Positions 30,145 through 38,567 of a stretch of 46,301 bases of DNA are shown here, piece after piece. The stretch covers positions 1 through 46,301 of the forward strand of contig CAZEVI010000002.1 in the NCBI GenBank assembly GCA_964515615.1, in the 5' to 3' direction. This stretch comes from an uncultured Candidatus Saccharibacteria bacterium. GTDB lineage: Bacteria > Patescibacteriota > UBA1384 > XYA2-FULL-43-10 > CAINNR01. The translations under genes were made by a program, and so were the position numbers. The notes below the pieces were generated by a model, which had not been told where the DNA came from, searched no databases, and saw only the letters and a list, made by a program, of their open reading frames with translations. Positions within the stretch are counted from its first letter, which is position 1, and every line of letters starts with the position of its first letter.

Positions 30145-30471
30145 ATGACCAAAAATATCAATCGAAAATATAAAGTTTCCAATAAAATTAAAGCCGTTTC
30201 AAAAAAACCACGGCTGGTGGTTTTTCGATCCAACAAAGAAATTTATGCTCAAATTGTCGACATCGATGGCAAAATTTTGGCATCTGCTAGCAGTTTGAAG
30301 ACCAGTGGCAAAAATAAAACCTTGGCGGCAAAAGACGTCGGCGTGTATTTAGCTGAGCAAGCAAAATCCAAAAAAATAACTGATATTGTTTTTGATCGAC
30401 GATGTTATAAATATCATGGACGAGTAGCTGCTTTGGCTGAAGGTGCCAGATCAGCTGGATTAAATTTTTAA
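30145..30471 (+). CDS. rplR: 50S ribosomal protein L18
   Basis: PRLVVFRSNKEIYAQIVD, RCYKYHGRVAALAEGAR. ATG 30145 chosen because the track start 29983 would overlap rplF. Confidence 0.94.
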   Translation: MTKNINRKYKVSNKIKAVSKKPRLVVFRSNKEIYAQIVDIDGKILASASSLKTSGKNKTLAAKDVGVYLAEQAKSKKITDIVFDRRCYKYHGRVAALAEGARSAGLNF

Positions 30472-30481
30472 GGAGAAAAAA

Positions 30482-31099
30482 GTGATCAATAAAACCAGAA
30501 AAGAACGAAAAAACAAGGAGCAAAACTCTTCCGAATATGAAGAGCGAGTTGTTGAAATTTCTCGAGTCTCTCGAGTTGTTAAAGGTGGTCGGCGAATTCG
30601 TTTTCGCGTTCTAGTGGTTATCGGTGATCGCAACGGAAAGATTGGTTATGGCATTGCCAAAGGCAACGAAATTGCAGTCGCCGTTAAAAAAGCAAAAAAC
30701 TCAGCGAAAAAGAAAATGATTCAGGTTCCGGTTATTGATGACACAATTCCATATGAGGTAACGCAGGATTTTGGCAGTTCGAAAATTTTTCTTAAACCGG
30801 CTTCGCAAGGTACGTCAATTGTCGCCGGCGGTGTGGTTCGGGTAATTGCTGAACTGGCTGGAATTAAAAATCTTCTTTCAAAAACTATCGGTAGTGCTAA
30901 TAAAGTTAACAATGTAAAGACTGTGTTTTTAGCATTGGCAAATTTTGATCCTGAAAAAGTAGAAATTGTTAAAAACAGATTTGAAAAACAAAGTGCTCTA
31001 CTTTCTGCCAAAACTTCGCTGGAAAAACCTGTCGGTGAGACAGAAAAAGTCAATATTAACAAAAGCAAAATTGATAAATTGCCCGTCGAAACCGGATAA
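30482..31099 (+). CDS. rpsE: 30S ribosomal protein S5 (C-terminal extension)
   Basis: VSRVVKGGRRIRFRVLVVIGDRNGKIGYGIAK; SD AAGGAG, GTG start. Confidence 0.95.
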   Translation: MINKTRKERKNKEQNSSEYEERVVEISRVSRVVKGGRRIRFRVLVVIGDRNGKIGYGIAKGNEIAVAVKKAKNSAKKKMIQVPVIDDTIPYEVTQDFGSSKIFLKPASQGTSIVAGGVVRVIAELAGIKNLLSKTIGSANKVNNVKTVFLALANFDPEKVEIVKNRFEKQSALLSAKTSLEKPVGETEKVNINKSKIDKLPVETG

Positions 31100-31131
31100 A
31101 CTGTTCAAAGCTAATTGTTTAAATATTTATT

Positions 31132-31602
31132 ATGAAACAACATCAATTAAAAAAAAATCAAGTAAATAAAAGCAAAAAACGTGTTGGTCGAGGAATTTCT
31201 GCCGGCGGTGGCAAAACTGCCGGCCGAGGTACCAAAGGACAACGATCGCGTGCGGGTTTTAATTTACCGAAAAAATTTGAAGGCGGCCAAACACCGCTGG
31301 CAATGCGGTTGCACAAATTAAAAGGTTTCAAAAGCCCAAAGAATGACCTAGTGGAAATTTCGCTTGATTGCATTTCAAAACATTTTAAAAATGGCGAAAT
31401 GGTTACTTTAGAAGCATTACAGGAAAAACGAATTGTCAATAAAGAAAAACAAGCCAAAATTTTAAACTCCGGCGAACTAAAAATTTCAATTAAAATCGGC
31501 AACAATGTCAGAGCATCCAAATCAGTTTTGGAACTTATAAGTAAAACAAATAACGCCGTCGAAAATAAAAAAGATACTAGCCCCTCTTCAAAATTAAAAT
31601 AA
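31132..31602 (+). CDS. rplO: 50S ribosomal protein L15
   Basis: KRVGRGISAGGGKTAGRGTKGQ. Confidence 0.95.
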   Translation: MKQHQLKKNQVNKSKKRVGRGISAGGGKTAGRGTKGQRSRAGFNLPKKFEGGQTPLAMRLHKLKGFKSPKNDLVEISLDCISKHFKNGEMVTLEALQEKRIVNKEKQAKILNSGELKISIKIGNNVRASKSVLELISKTNNAVENKKDTSPSSKLK

Positions 31603-31634
31603 TATTAATTGCTAATTGTAAATATTTTCCAAAA

Positions 31635-31670
31635 GCTGACCAAAATATTATTTTTGCGTCAGTTTTTTTT
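31635..31670 (+). terminator. Weak-stem, long-T-tract terminator after rplO
   Basis: GCTGAC...GTCAGT (5-6 bp stem, 17-nt loop), followed by T8 (31663-31670). Confidence 0.4.
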
Positions 31671-31719
31671 GATTGTCAAATAATTCAACATTGTTGTATT
31701 TTTAATTACCTAAAAATTA

Positions 31720-31748
31720 TTGTACATCAGATAAATTTATGCTAAAAT
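31720..31748 (+). promoter_or_regulatory. Sigma70-like promoter for secY (TTGTAC-N17-TAAAAT, TGn extended)
   Basis: TTGTAC 31720-31725, TG 31740-31741, TAAAAT 31743-31748. Confidence 0.45.
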
Positions 31749-31784
31749 TAATGCAGATTAAAAAGCTATTCTTTCGCATAATTT

Positions 31785-33059
31785 ATGAATACATTGTCAA
31801 AAATTTGGGAATATAAAGATTTACGTAATAAAGTTTTGGTGGTTGCCGGACTTTTAGTATTGACTCGTATTGTTGCCCACATCCCTTTGCCGGGCGTAAA
31901 TCTTTCTGAACTCCAAGCATTTTTTAGCCAAAATCAAATTTTCGGGCTTTTAAATATGTTTTCCGGCGGAACCATGAGCTCGTTTTCCATTGCCTTAATG
32001 GGTGTTGGACCGTATATTACATCATCAATTGTTTTTCAACTTTTGACAATGATTGTCCCAAAATTAGAAGAGATGCAAAAAGAGGGCGAAGCCGGACGAA
32101 ATAAAATTAATCAATGGACGAGAATTCTAACCGTACCATTGGCGATTATTCAAGGTTATAGCATGCTCTATCTGCTGCATTCACAAGGAATTATCCCGTC
32201 TTGGACTTTGTATCAATTAATAATTATGTTAATTTCAATCACCGCCGGCACAATGGTTTTAATGTGGATCGGTGAAATTATTACCGAGAAGGGAATCGGC
32301 AATGGTTTATCATTAATAATTTCGGTTGGTATTTTGGCTCAATTGCCAACATCAATTCGAAATACTGCATCGTTAATTTCTGTTGCCGACACAACTAAAA
32401 TCCTTGAATTGATACTGTTGGTTCTAATCATTGTGCTAACTGTTGGTGTTATTGTTTTAATTACCGAGGGCCAGCGGAATATTCCCGTTTCCTACGCTCG
32501 TAAATCTCGTGGTTTTCATTCATATTCAAGTTTAAATACTTTTTTGCCGATTCGTGTTAACACTGCCGGCGTCATTCCGATAATTTTCGCAATGAGTTTG
32601 ATGATTATTCCCGGAGTTGTCGGTAAATTTTTAGAAAGCGCCGCCTCTGCGTGGATTGCTCGCGCTGCCACTACAACTGTTAATTTGTTCAATAACAATT
32701 TGTTTTACGGTAGTTTATATTTCCTATTGGTGGTTGCTTTTACCTATTTTTATACTGCCGTTGTTTTTAAACCCGATCAAATTGCCGAAAATCTTCAAAA
32801 ACAGGGTGGGTTTATCCCCGGTATTCGGCCCGGCAATGAAACGGTTAGATTTTTAAGCAATATTATTGTTCGGATAACATTAACTTCATCAATCTTTTTG
32901 GGATTGGTCGCGGTTTTACCGTACATTATGCAAGCAGTTACCAATATCAATACTTTGGTAATCGGCGGTACTGGAATTCTAATTGTCGTTTCGGTAACGA
33001 TTGAGACTATGAATCAATTGCAAGCTCAGCTAACAATGCACACTTACGAAAATTATTAA
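31785..33059 (+). CDS. secY: Preprotein translocase subunit SecY
   Basis: 424 aa, about 10 TM segments; LPGVN, GGTMSSFSIALMGVGPYITSSI. Confidence 0.96.
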   Translation: MNTLSKIWEYKDLRNKVLVVAGLLVLTRIVAHIPLPGVNLSELQAFFSQNQIFGLLNMFSGGTMSSFSIALMGVGPYITSSIVFQLLTMIVPKLEEMQKEGEAGRNKINQWTRILTVPLAIIQGYSMLYLLHSQGIIPSWTLYQLIIMLISITAGTMVLMWIGEIITEKGIGNGLSLIISVGILAQLPTSIRNTASLISVADTTKILELILLVLIIVLTVGVIVLITEGQRNIPVSYARKSRGFHSYSSLNTFLPIRVNTAGVIPIIFAMSLMIIPGVVGKFLESAASAWIARAATTTVNLFNNNLFYGSLYFLLVVAFTYFYTAVVFKPDQIAENLQKQGGFIPGIRPGNETVRFLSNIIVRITLTSSIFLGLVAVLPYIMQAVTNINTLVIGGTGILIVVSVTIETMNQLQAQLTMHTYENY

Positions 33060-33088
33060 ATTAATAAGATAATTAAGGTGATTTTCAA

Positions 33089-33733
33089 ATGGAAAAACCA
33101 CAAGTGATTATTCTACTCGGTGGGCCTGCATCGGGAAAGGGGACACAGGCCAAAATTTTAGCCGAAGATATTGGCTATAAATATTTTGGTACCGGCGATT
33201 TGTTGCGCGGCGAAGCTGAGCGTGGAACAGAGCTAGGCAAGAAGTTTGCCAAATTGATGGATGCCGGGGAGCTGGTTCCGGATGAATTTACTGATCCGTT
33301 AGTTCTGACAAAATTGAACGAATTAAAAAATTTGGGTGTTGTTCTTGACGGTTATCCTCGAAATTTGGAGCAGGCGGCAACTTTGCAAAGTGTATTTCCG
33401 GACGAAAACTTTTTAGTTTTAAATATTATCGTTTCGGAAAAATCACTTTTAAAACGAATGTCTTCACGCCGGATTTGTGACAAATGTGGGAAAATTATTA
33501 CTGTCAAAAATGATGAAAAAATTTGTGACTTCTGTGGCGGAAATTTTATACAACGTGTAGACGACAGTCCAAAAATTCTCGAAAAAAGAATTAAAACATA
33601 TAATACGCGAACGGCTCCGATCATTGCTTATTACCGCGAACAAGATAAAGTAAAAGACATCGACGGCGAACCGCCTATTAAAGAAGTAACCAAAGAGATT
33701 CAAAAAGCAGTCAAGGGCAAGCTAACAGATTAA
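33089..33733 (+). CDS. adk: Adenylate kinase (zinc-lid type)
   Basis: P-loop GGPASGKGTQA; lid CDKCGK...CDFCGG. Confidence 0.95.
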   Translation: MEKPQVIILLGGPASGKGTQAKILAEDIGYKYFGTGDLLRGEAERGTELGKKFAKLMDAGELVPDEFTDPLVLTKLNELKNLGVVLDGYPRNLEQAATLQSVFPDENFLVLNIIVSEKSLLKRMSSRRICDKCGKIITVKNDEKICDFCGGNFIQRVDDSPKILEKRIKTYNTRTAPIIAYYREQDKVKDIDGEPPIKEVTKEIQKAVKGKLTD

Positions 33734-33802
33734 TGTTTTTTAGCCAAAAATTTATTTTCGTTGCCAAAATCCAATTCATATATTATTAAGTTTTAAAGCT
33801 AA

Positions 33803-34564
33803 ATGGATATTTTAACCAAAGAACAACTAATTGATTTCCGAATTTCCGGTAAAATTCTGGCAATAGCTCTTTCTGAAGTTCAAAACTACATCAAGCCGGG
33901 AATCACAACTATGTCTCTTGACGAAATTGCCGAAAGAAGTTTGCGTCGTCAAGGAGCGATTCCTTCTTTTAAAAACTATAAAACAGGTGATGCCCCGCGC
34001 TATCCGGCTGCTCTTTGTGTTTCGATTAATGACGAGCTGGTTCACGGAATTCCTTCGGGGGGGAAATTTTTAAAAAATGGTGATATTGTCTCTTTGGATT
34101 TAGGTGCTAATTATCAGGGAACTTTTACTGATATGGCAGCCACTTTCCCCGTTGGTAAAATTTCCGCCAGAGATAGGAGGTTAATTGATATTACTCGAAA
34201 TGTTTTGCATGAAGCAATAAAATTTTTGAAACCGGGGATGAAAACTGGAGACTTAGGAAATTTTATTGAAAGTTACGTTTCTAAAAACGGTTTAGCAGTC
34301 ATCCGCGATTTCGTTGGCCATGGTATAGGTTTAGCACCACATACTGATCCGCAAGTCCCAAATTTTGGCCAACAAAAGACTGGCGTTGCTCTTTGCGAAG
34401 GGATGGCAATTGCTATTGAACCGATGGTGGTAAAAGGTAATATTGATGTTAAAATTGATCGCGATGGCTGGACTGTTCGTATGGCTCACGGCCAACGCTC
34501 GGCCCATTTCGAACATACGGTTTTAATTGGTAAATCCGGAGCAAAGATTATAACAAAAATATAA
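33803..34564 (+). CDS. map: Methionine aminopeptidase type I
   Basis: Metal-ligand blocks (VSLDLGA, FTDMAAT, GHGIG, IEPM, FEHT). Confidence 0.95.
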   Translation: MDILTKEQLIDFRISGKILAIALSEVQNYIKPGITTMSLDEIAERSLRRQGAIPSFKNYKTGDAPRYPAALCVSINDELVHGIPSGGKFLKNGDIVSLDLGANYQGTFTDMAATFPVGKISARDRRLIDITRNVLHEAIKFLKPGMKTGDLGNFIESYVSKNGLAVIRDFVGHGIGLAPHTDPQVPNFGQQKTGVALCEGMAIAIEPMVVKGNIDVKIDRDGWTVRMAHGQRSAHFEHTVLIGKSGAKIITKI

Positions 34565-34601
34565 AATTAATATATTTTTCATCAAAAAATATTTAATATT
34601 T

Positions 34602-35030
34602 ATGCCAGAATCACAAACAGAAGTAATCGGTCAGATCGGCCCAGAACCAAATAAAACATTGGCCTTTTTGGAATCGGAACACAAAAAACTAACTCAACAA
34701 TATTCTAATAATAGGTTTTTGGCCAACGAAGTTGCCAAATTGTTGATGGAAGATGGTCTTGCTCCACATATTGAAATGGTCTATGAAGTGCGTGATGATC
34801 AAGTTGTATTATTTTTACCACAAATTTATGAAGGCAAAATGTCGCCTTGGCATGCACACTTCGTATGCTGTACCGAAAACCAAGCATTTGATCCGATTTT
34901 GGGTTATCCAATCAATAAAGAAAACTATACAAAAGAACTATTTGGCCAAGAGATTGAGATGAAGGTCAGTGTTCCGGCTGAAGATATGGACAAATATTCA
35001 GGGAATTTCGATCCTTCTGTTAAGCGATAA
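34602..35030 (+). CDS. Hypothetical protein, 142 aa
   Basis: Non-repetitive ORF (…SPWHAHFVCCTENQAFDPILG…); no SD seen; no family recognised. Confidence 0.5.
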   Translation: MPESQTEVIGQIGPEPNKTLAFLESEHKKLTQQYSNNRFLANEVAKLLMEDGLAPHIEMVYEVRDDQVVLFLPQIYEGKMSPWHAHFVCCTENQAFDPILGYPINKENYTKELFGQEIEMKVSVPAEDMDKYSGNFDPSVKR

Positions 35031-35063
35031 TATCAAAAACAATTTATTAAAATATTTTGGACT

Positions 35064-35087
35064 AAAAAACGCCGCTGATTTGTGGCG
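35064..35087 (-). terminator. Terminator of the minus-strand lipoprotein gene
   Basis: CGCCGC-TGATTT-GTGGCG (one G-U pair) with a minus-strand T-run (plus-strand A6 35064-35069). Confidence 0.45.
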
Positions 35088-35202
35088 CTAGGGTTAATTT
35101 TGTCAATAGAATCCCTAACACTTTGACGAGTTTATCGAATCAATGACGGCATTTAGATAATGTCTAAGGCTCGCCGAATCATTGTAGCTTAGTTTCCCAA
35201 GG

Positions 35203-35595
35203 CTAATTATTTCGAAAAAGAACATCATCTTTGTCATAAAAATTAATTAAACATCTCTGCGACTGAAACAATTGTTGATCAAAATATAACTCCGAGCGGC
35301 ATGCCCCATCCGGTATTAGCTTCTTCCCGTCTTCGAAACAAGTGATAACTAAAAGTCCTTTCTGAGATGGATTTTCGAAATATAATTGGAACAGTCCTTT
35401 TCGAAGCTCAAACCCATATTTGTCAATCCGAATTGTTGAGTTAAAAAAATGGAAAAGCCCATCTTTTTCAACAATGTATCCATGACTTTCCATTACCGAA
35501 ACAAGTGATTCTTGCAAATTATCTTCCGGAATATCGCAGCCAATTACCAATGAAATAAAAAATACAACGTAAATCACAACAAGAAGCTTTTTCAT
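35203..35595 (-). CDS. Putative lipoprotein, 130 aa
   Basis: MKKLLVVIYVVFFISLVIGC signal peptide with lipobox-like VIGC; SD AGGGAGA before ATG 35595 (track start 35625 less likely). Confidence 0.65.
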   Translation of the reverse strand: MKKLLVVIYVVFFISLVIGCDIPEDNLQESLVSVMESHGYIVEKDGLFHFFNSTIRIDKYGFELRKGLFQLYFENPSQKGLLVITCFEDGKKLIPDGACRSELYFDQQLFQSQRCLINFYDKDDVLFRNN

Positions 35596-35677
35596 GGCTT
35601 CTCCCTTTATGTGATCTTTTCTCATATAATATATATCATAAAAAAAATAAAAAAACCAAATGGTATATACTTACCGG

Positions 35678-35706
35678 TGTACTTATTTTGAATAATGTGA
35701 TATAAA
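35678..35706 (+). promoter_or_regulatory. Extended -10 promoter for the small Cys-rich ORF (TGnTATAAA)
   Basis: TG 35698-35699, TATAAA 35701-35706; weak -35 TGTACT 35678-35683. Confidence 0.35.
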
Positions 35707-35745
35707 ATAGATAGTAAAAAATCATTCCCATCAAGGAGGGGAAGC

Positions 35746-35928
35746 ATGAAAAAGACACTGTTGGGTTGTTTTTCCCACCCAACTATTGAACAAATCAGAA
35801 GATTCCAAATTAATAATTTACTGGTAAAATTCTTAAACTTTCGGATCTTTTTACACATGTGTTTCTGTTCCAAATGTATTCAAATTGCCGATGACATTTA
35901 TTACTATCAATCGTCTTGCGATGACTGA
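35746..35928 (+). CDS. Small Cys-rich protein, 60 aa
   Basis: Strong SD AAGGAGGG (35733-35740) 5 nt before the ATG; five Cys including CFCSKC; immediately followed by a strong terminator. Confidence 0.65.
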   Translation: MKKTLLGCFSHPTIEQIRRFQINNLLVKFLNFRIFLHMCFCSKCIQIADDIYYYQSSCDD

Positions 35929-35944
35929 TATTCTGACAATTTTT

Positions 35945-35968
35945 ACCCGCCACTTTTGGCGGGTTTTA
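35945..35968 (+). terminator. Rho-independent terminator of the small Cys-rich ORF
   Basis: ACCCGCC-ACTTTT-GGCGGGT followed by TTTT. Confidence 0.8.
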
Positions 35969-35972
35969 AATT

Positions 35973-35993
35973 AAAAAGCACCAGTTGTGGTGC
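35973..35993 (-). terminator. Rho-independent terminator of minus-strand gene 36006-36401
   Basis: GCACCA-GTTG-TGGTGC with a minus-strand T-run (plus-strand A5 35973-35977). Confidence 0.65.
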
Positions 35994-36005
35994 CCATAAA
36001 GTCTC

Positions 36006-36401
36006 TCAGTTCTCTCGCTTGCTAACTATTCTAACAGAACGAACCTCAAGCATTCGACTTAAAAGTCTGACCATACTGCCATTTGCGCCGATCCAAAATG
36101 GCTCATCTATTTTTGGAACTTCCAGGTGTGCCGAACCGTCCATTCCAATTTCTAATTTATTGCTGCCTAGCAAATTTTGAATAAAGTCAGTGAACCCAAG
36201 TTTTGATCTATGAACATACCAGCATTTATTTGTGCGCAAATTTGCGACCAGCATATATTCTTTTCGTTGATCTTGGTTCATGCTATCAACATCACTTAAT
36301 TTATTTGATATTTCCTGCTGACTGCATTTCCAAAACGAAGGCATGCCACATTCAGGATCGAAATATTTTTCAATGTCACCCCTAGTGCGAATTTTATTCA
36401 A
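36006..36401 (-). CDS. Hypothetical protein, 131 aa
   Basis: SD AAGGAGG (36410-36416) 8 nt before TTG start 36401; own terminator; no family recognised. Confidence 0.65.
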   Translation of the reverse strand: MNKIRTRGDIEKYFDPECGMPSFWKCSQQEISNKLSDVDSMNQDQRKEYMLVANLRTNKCWYVHRSKLGFTDFIQNLLGSNKLEIGMDGSAHLEVPKIDEPFWIGANGSMVRLLSRMLEVRSVRIVSKREN

Positions 36402-36713
36402 GACAAGTGCCTCCTTTCTCGATCATTGTCGCTTCTTTTCTTATAGCACAGTTTTAGATGTTAATCAATGAATTTTGGGCTTATAAACAAAATTTTGATC
36501 TGCATATTGGTGTTTTACTTATTGTAAATGACAAATTAAACACTCTAATTTTTGAACATCTTTTTATCAATCATCTCGTAGGTTTTCGCAAAACTAGGTT
36601 TGGCATTTAACTGGTCTTTTTTTTATTTATTCAATATAATATGATAGGTGAAATAATTGATTTTAACCATTTATTAAAAAAATGATCAAAAAAATTAAAA
36701 AGAGCAATGATCA

Positions 36714-37100
36714 ATGGCAAAAATCCTTTCAAAAGATATTTTTGAAATTACTTGTGATGCCGGCACTAAACTGCCTTTTGATAATTTGTATCATAATCTG
36801 AAAGAAAGGGGGATTTATCGCTGTATCGCTTGCAAATTATCGCTATTTTCCTCTGCCGATAAATTTGATTCTGGCACCGGTTGGCCAAGCTTTTCAAAAG
36901 CGATTATTGACGATCATATTAATATTAAAACTGACACAAGTCACGGTATGATCAGAACCGAAACAATTTGCGGCCGTTGTCAATCCCATTTGGGACATGT
37001 TTTCAACGACTGACCGACTCCAACCGGAAAAAGATTTTGCATGAATTCGGCTGCCCTAATTTTACAACCAAAAGGCAATTTAGATGATTTTTGTGATTAG
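36714..37100 (+). pseudogene. msrB: Methionine-R-sulfoxide reductase MsrB with in-frame TGA at 37011-37013
   Basis: CIAC...GTGWPSF...[14 protein letters not shown][TGA][15 protein letters not shown]. The TGA replaces the Gly of the conserved DGP, and the frame with the catalytic Cys stays open to TAG 37098-37100. Confidence 0.75.
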
Positions 37101-37225
37101 TGATATTTCTATTTGGATAAATTTTATCATTAACATATCATTTTCATTACAATATTTTTCGTCTCTAAATGCTAATTAGTGGTATTTTGCTATGATATAG
37201 TTGTAAATATTTAACAGGGAGAAAA

Positions 37226-37441
37226 ATGTCAAAAAGTAAAGGAATGCTTGGTGGGGGAGTTTATGGATTGGCCTTCGTTGGGGCTTTGGTCTATTTTATC
37301 CAACACGCGACTACATTGTGGATGGGAGTTTTAGGAATTCTAAAAGCCATTGTCTGGCCGGCAATGATAATTTACAAAGTTCTTGGTCTTTTAGGGCTTT
37401 TAAAATATTATTTTTTAGTACTAAATTTCTCAACTGTATAA
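37226..37441 (+). CDS. Small membrane protein, 71 aa, two predicted TM helices
   Basis: SD GGGAGA before the ATG; hydrophobic GLAFVGALVYFI and ILKAIVWPAMIIY segments; 3' end overlaps the AMMECR1 gene convergently. Confidence 0.55.
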   Translation: MSKSKGMLGGGVYGLAFVGALVYFIQHATTLWMGVLGILKAIVWPAMIIYKVLGLLGLLKYYFLVLNFSTV

Positions 37442-37965
37442 GTTTTTATTTTACAGTTATTTTTCCAATCGTAAAAATTAAGTCCGGCCTTATTGCAAAG
37501 TGCCGAGAGAAAATCCGTCGGATTGGCAAGATCCTGCCAAACTTGAGGTAGAAAAGTTGCGCTACGACTGTTTTTTTCGATAATCACTCCGGGCTTATTT
37601 TTTGATATAAATGACAGTAAATCCGATTCATCTTGATAATTTTGAATTTGTATTTTTCCTATAACTGATATTTCAATATCAACTTTTTCAAATTCTTCTG
37701 CTGTTAGCGGTAAAAACCGCGGATCGGAAAAAGCCGCCGAAAGAGCATTTTCAATTACATCTTGATAAAGCGGTTGGCAGGGTTTTAAGTGGCCAACACA
37801 ACCACGAAGTTTGCTATTAATCTCCAAAGTCACAAAAACGGCACCATGGTTTTTTAGTTCTAATGGAATTTTATTTGCATCGATTACAAATTTTTTGCCG
37901 GAAAACTTGGTTTTAATGGTTTCCCTCGCCAAACCGAGCAAAAAAAACCGATTATCTCGTTTCAT
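37408..37965 (-). CDS. AMMECR1-domain protein (AmmeMemoRadiSam protein A-like)
   Basis: LRGCVGH, DPRFLPL, ATFLPQVW, LCNKAGL. Confidence 0.88.
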   Translation of the reverse strand: MKRDNRFFLLGLARETIKTKFSGKKFVIDANKIPLELKNHGAVFVTLEINSKLRGCVGHLKPCQPLYQDVIENALSAAFSDPRFLPLTAEEFEKVDIEISVIGKIQIQNYQDESDLLSFISKNKPGVIIEKNSRSATFLPQVWQDLANPTDFLSALCNKAGLNFYDWKNNCKIKTYTVEKFSTKK

Positions 37966-37996
37966 AAAATATAATTAGTTACGCGGCTTTGGTGTT

Positions 37997-38542
37997 TTAA
38001 GCATTCCAAAGTCTTTCTTTAACATTTTCAGCAATGACACCAATTTGTTTTGGCGTCTTGACTTTGGTGGAATGGCCAATATAATTGGAAGCTTGAAGAA
38101 CAAGCTCATTGCATGATTTTAGAACTCCCATTTGATAAGGAGTAAGCCCGTCTGTTTGTGCTTTAAATTTTCTACAAATTTCTCTCCAATGCATAGGAAT
38201 ATCGGAGTTGTCTCGACGTGAATATTCAAAAAGTAAACCTTCATTCCCAATAAAATGCTGAATAGTAGCATTAAGTTGCTTTAGATCTTGGTCAGTTTGT
38301 TGTTCTTCAACTAGCTGTTCAAGTGTTTGGCCATTTTGAAGTTTTTGGAAAATCTCCTGACCGCGATGAAAAGTATCAGATAAAAATCTGTCGTGGAAGC
38401 CAATTTCATCCTCAACTTGAGAGTGTAATGAAGTTAAACCGAGAATAAATTGTTGAAAATCCGGATTGTTCAGAATTTCCGACTCTTGTGGCGTCAACAA
38501 AAAAGTATTGTTTGGCTCGGCCTCAAATTTATGTAAAACCAT
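37997..38542 (-). CDS. Hypothetical protein, 181 aa, inside the AmmeMemoRadiSam-type operon
   Basis: SD AGGAGG before the ATG; acidic, probably helical; no motif recognised. Confidence 0.7.
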   Translation of the reverse strand: MVLHKFEAEPNNTFLLTPQESEILNNPDFQQFILGLTSLHSQVEDEIGFHDRFLSDTFHRGQEIFQKLQNGQTLEQLVEEQQTDQDLKQLNATIQHFIGNEGLLFEYSRRDNSDIPMHWREICRKFKAQTDGLTPYQMGVLKSCNELVLQASNYIGHSTKVKTPKQIGVIAENVKERLWNA

Positions 38543-38567
38543 TTTTCCTCCTAAATTTTAATAATAT

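Noticed and set aside
35622-35873. Track ORF 35622-35873 (-), 83 aa
   Set aside because: No SD, and it is a low-complexity hydrophobic translation. It lies antisense to the well-supported small Cys-rich gene and its promoter.
36682-36713. Upstream ATG 36682 (other frame, ...SNDQWQK) as a frameshifted true N-terminus of msrB
   Set aside because: ATG 36714 already gives an N-terminus of normal length that aligns with short MsrB proteins. The out-of-frame resemblance rests on one Trp.
37011-37013. Selenocysteine codon in msrB
   Set aside because: In selenoprotein MsrB forms, Sec replaces the catalytic Cys. Here the catalytic Cys is encoded normally (TGC in RFCMNS) nine codons downstream, and the TGA aligns with the Gly of DGP.
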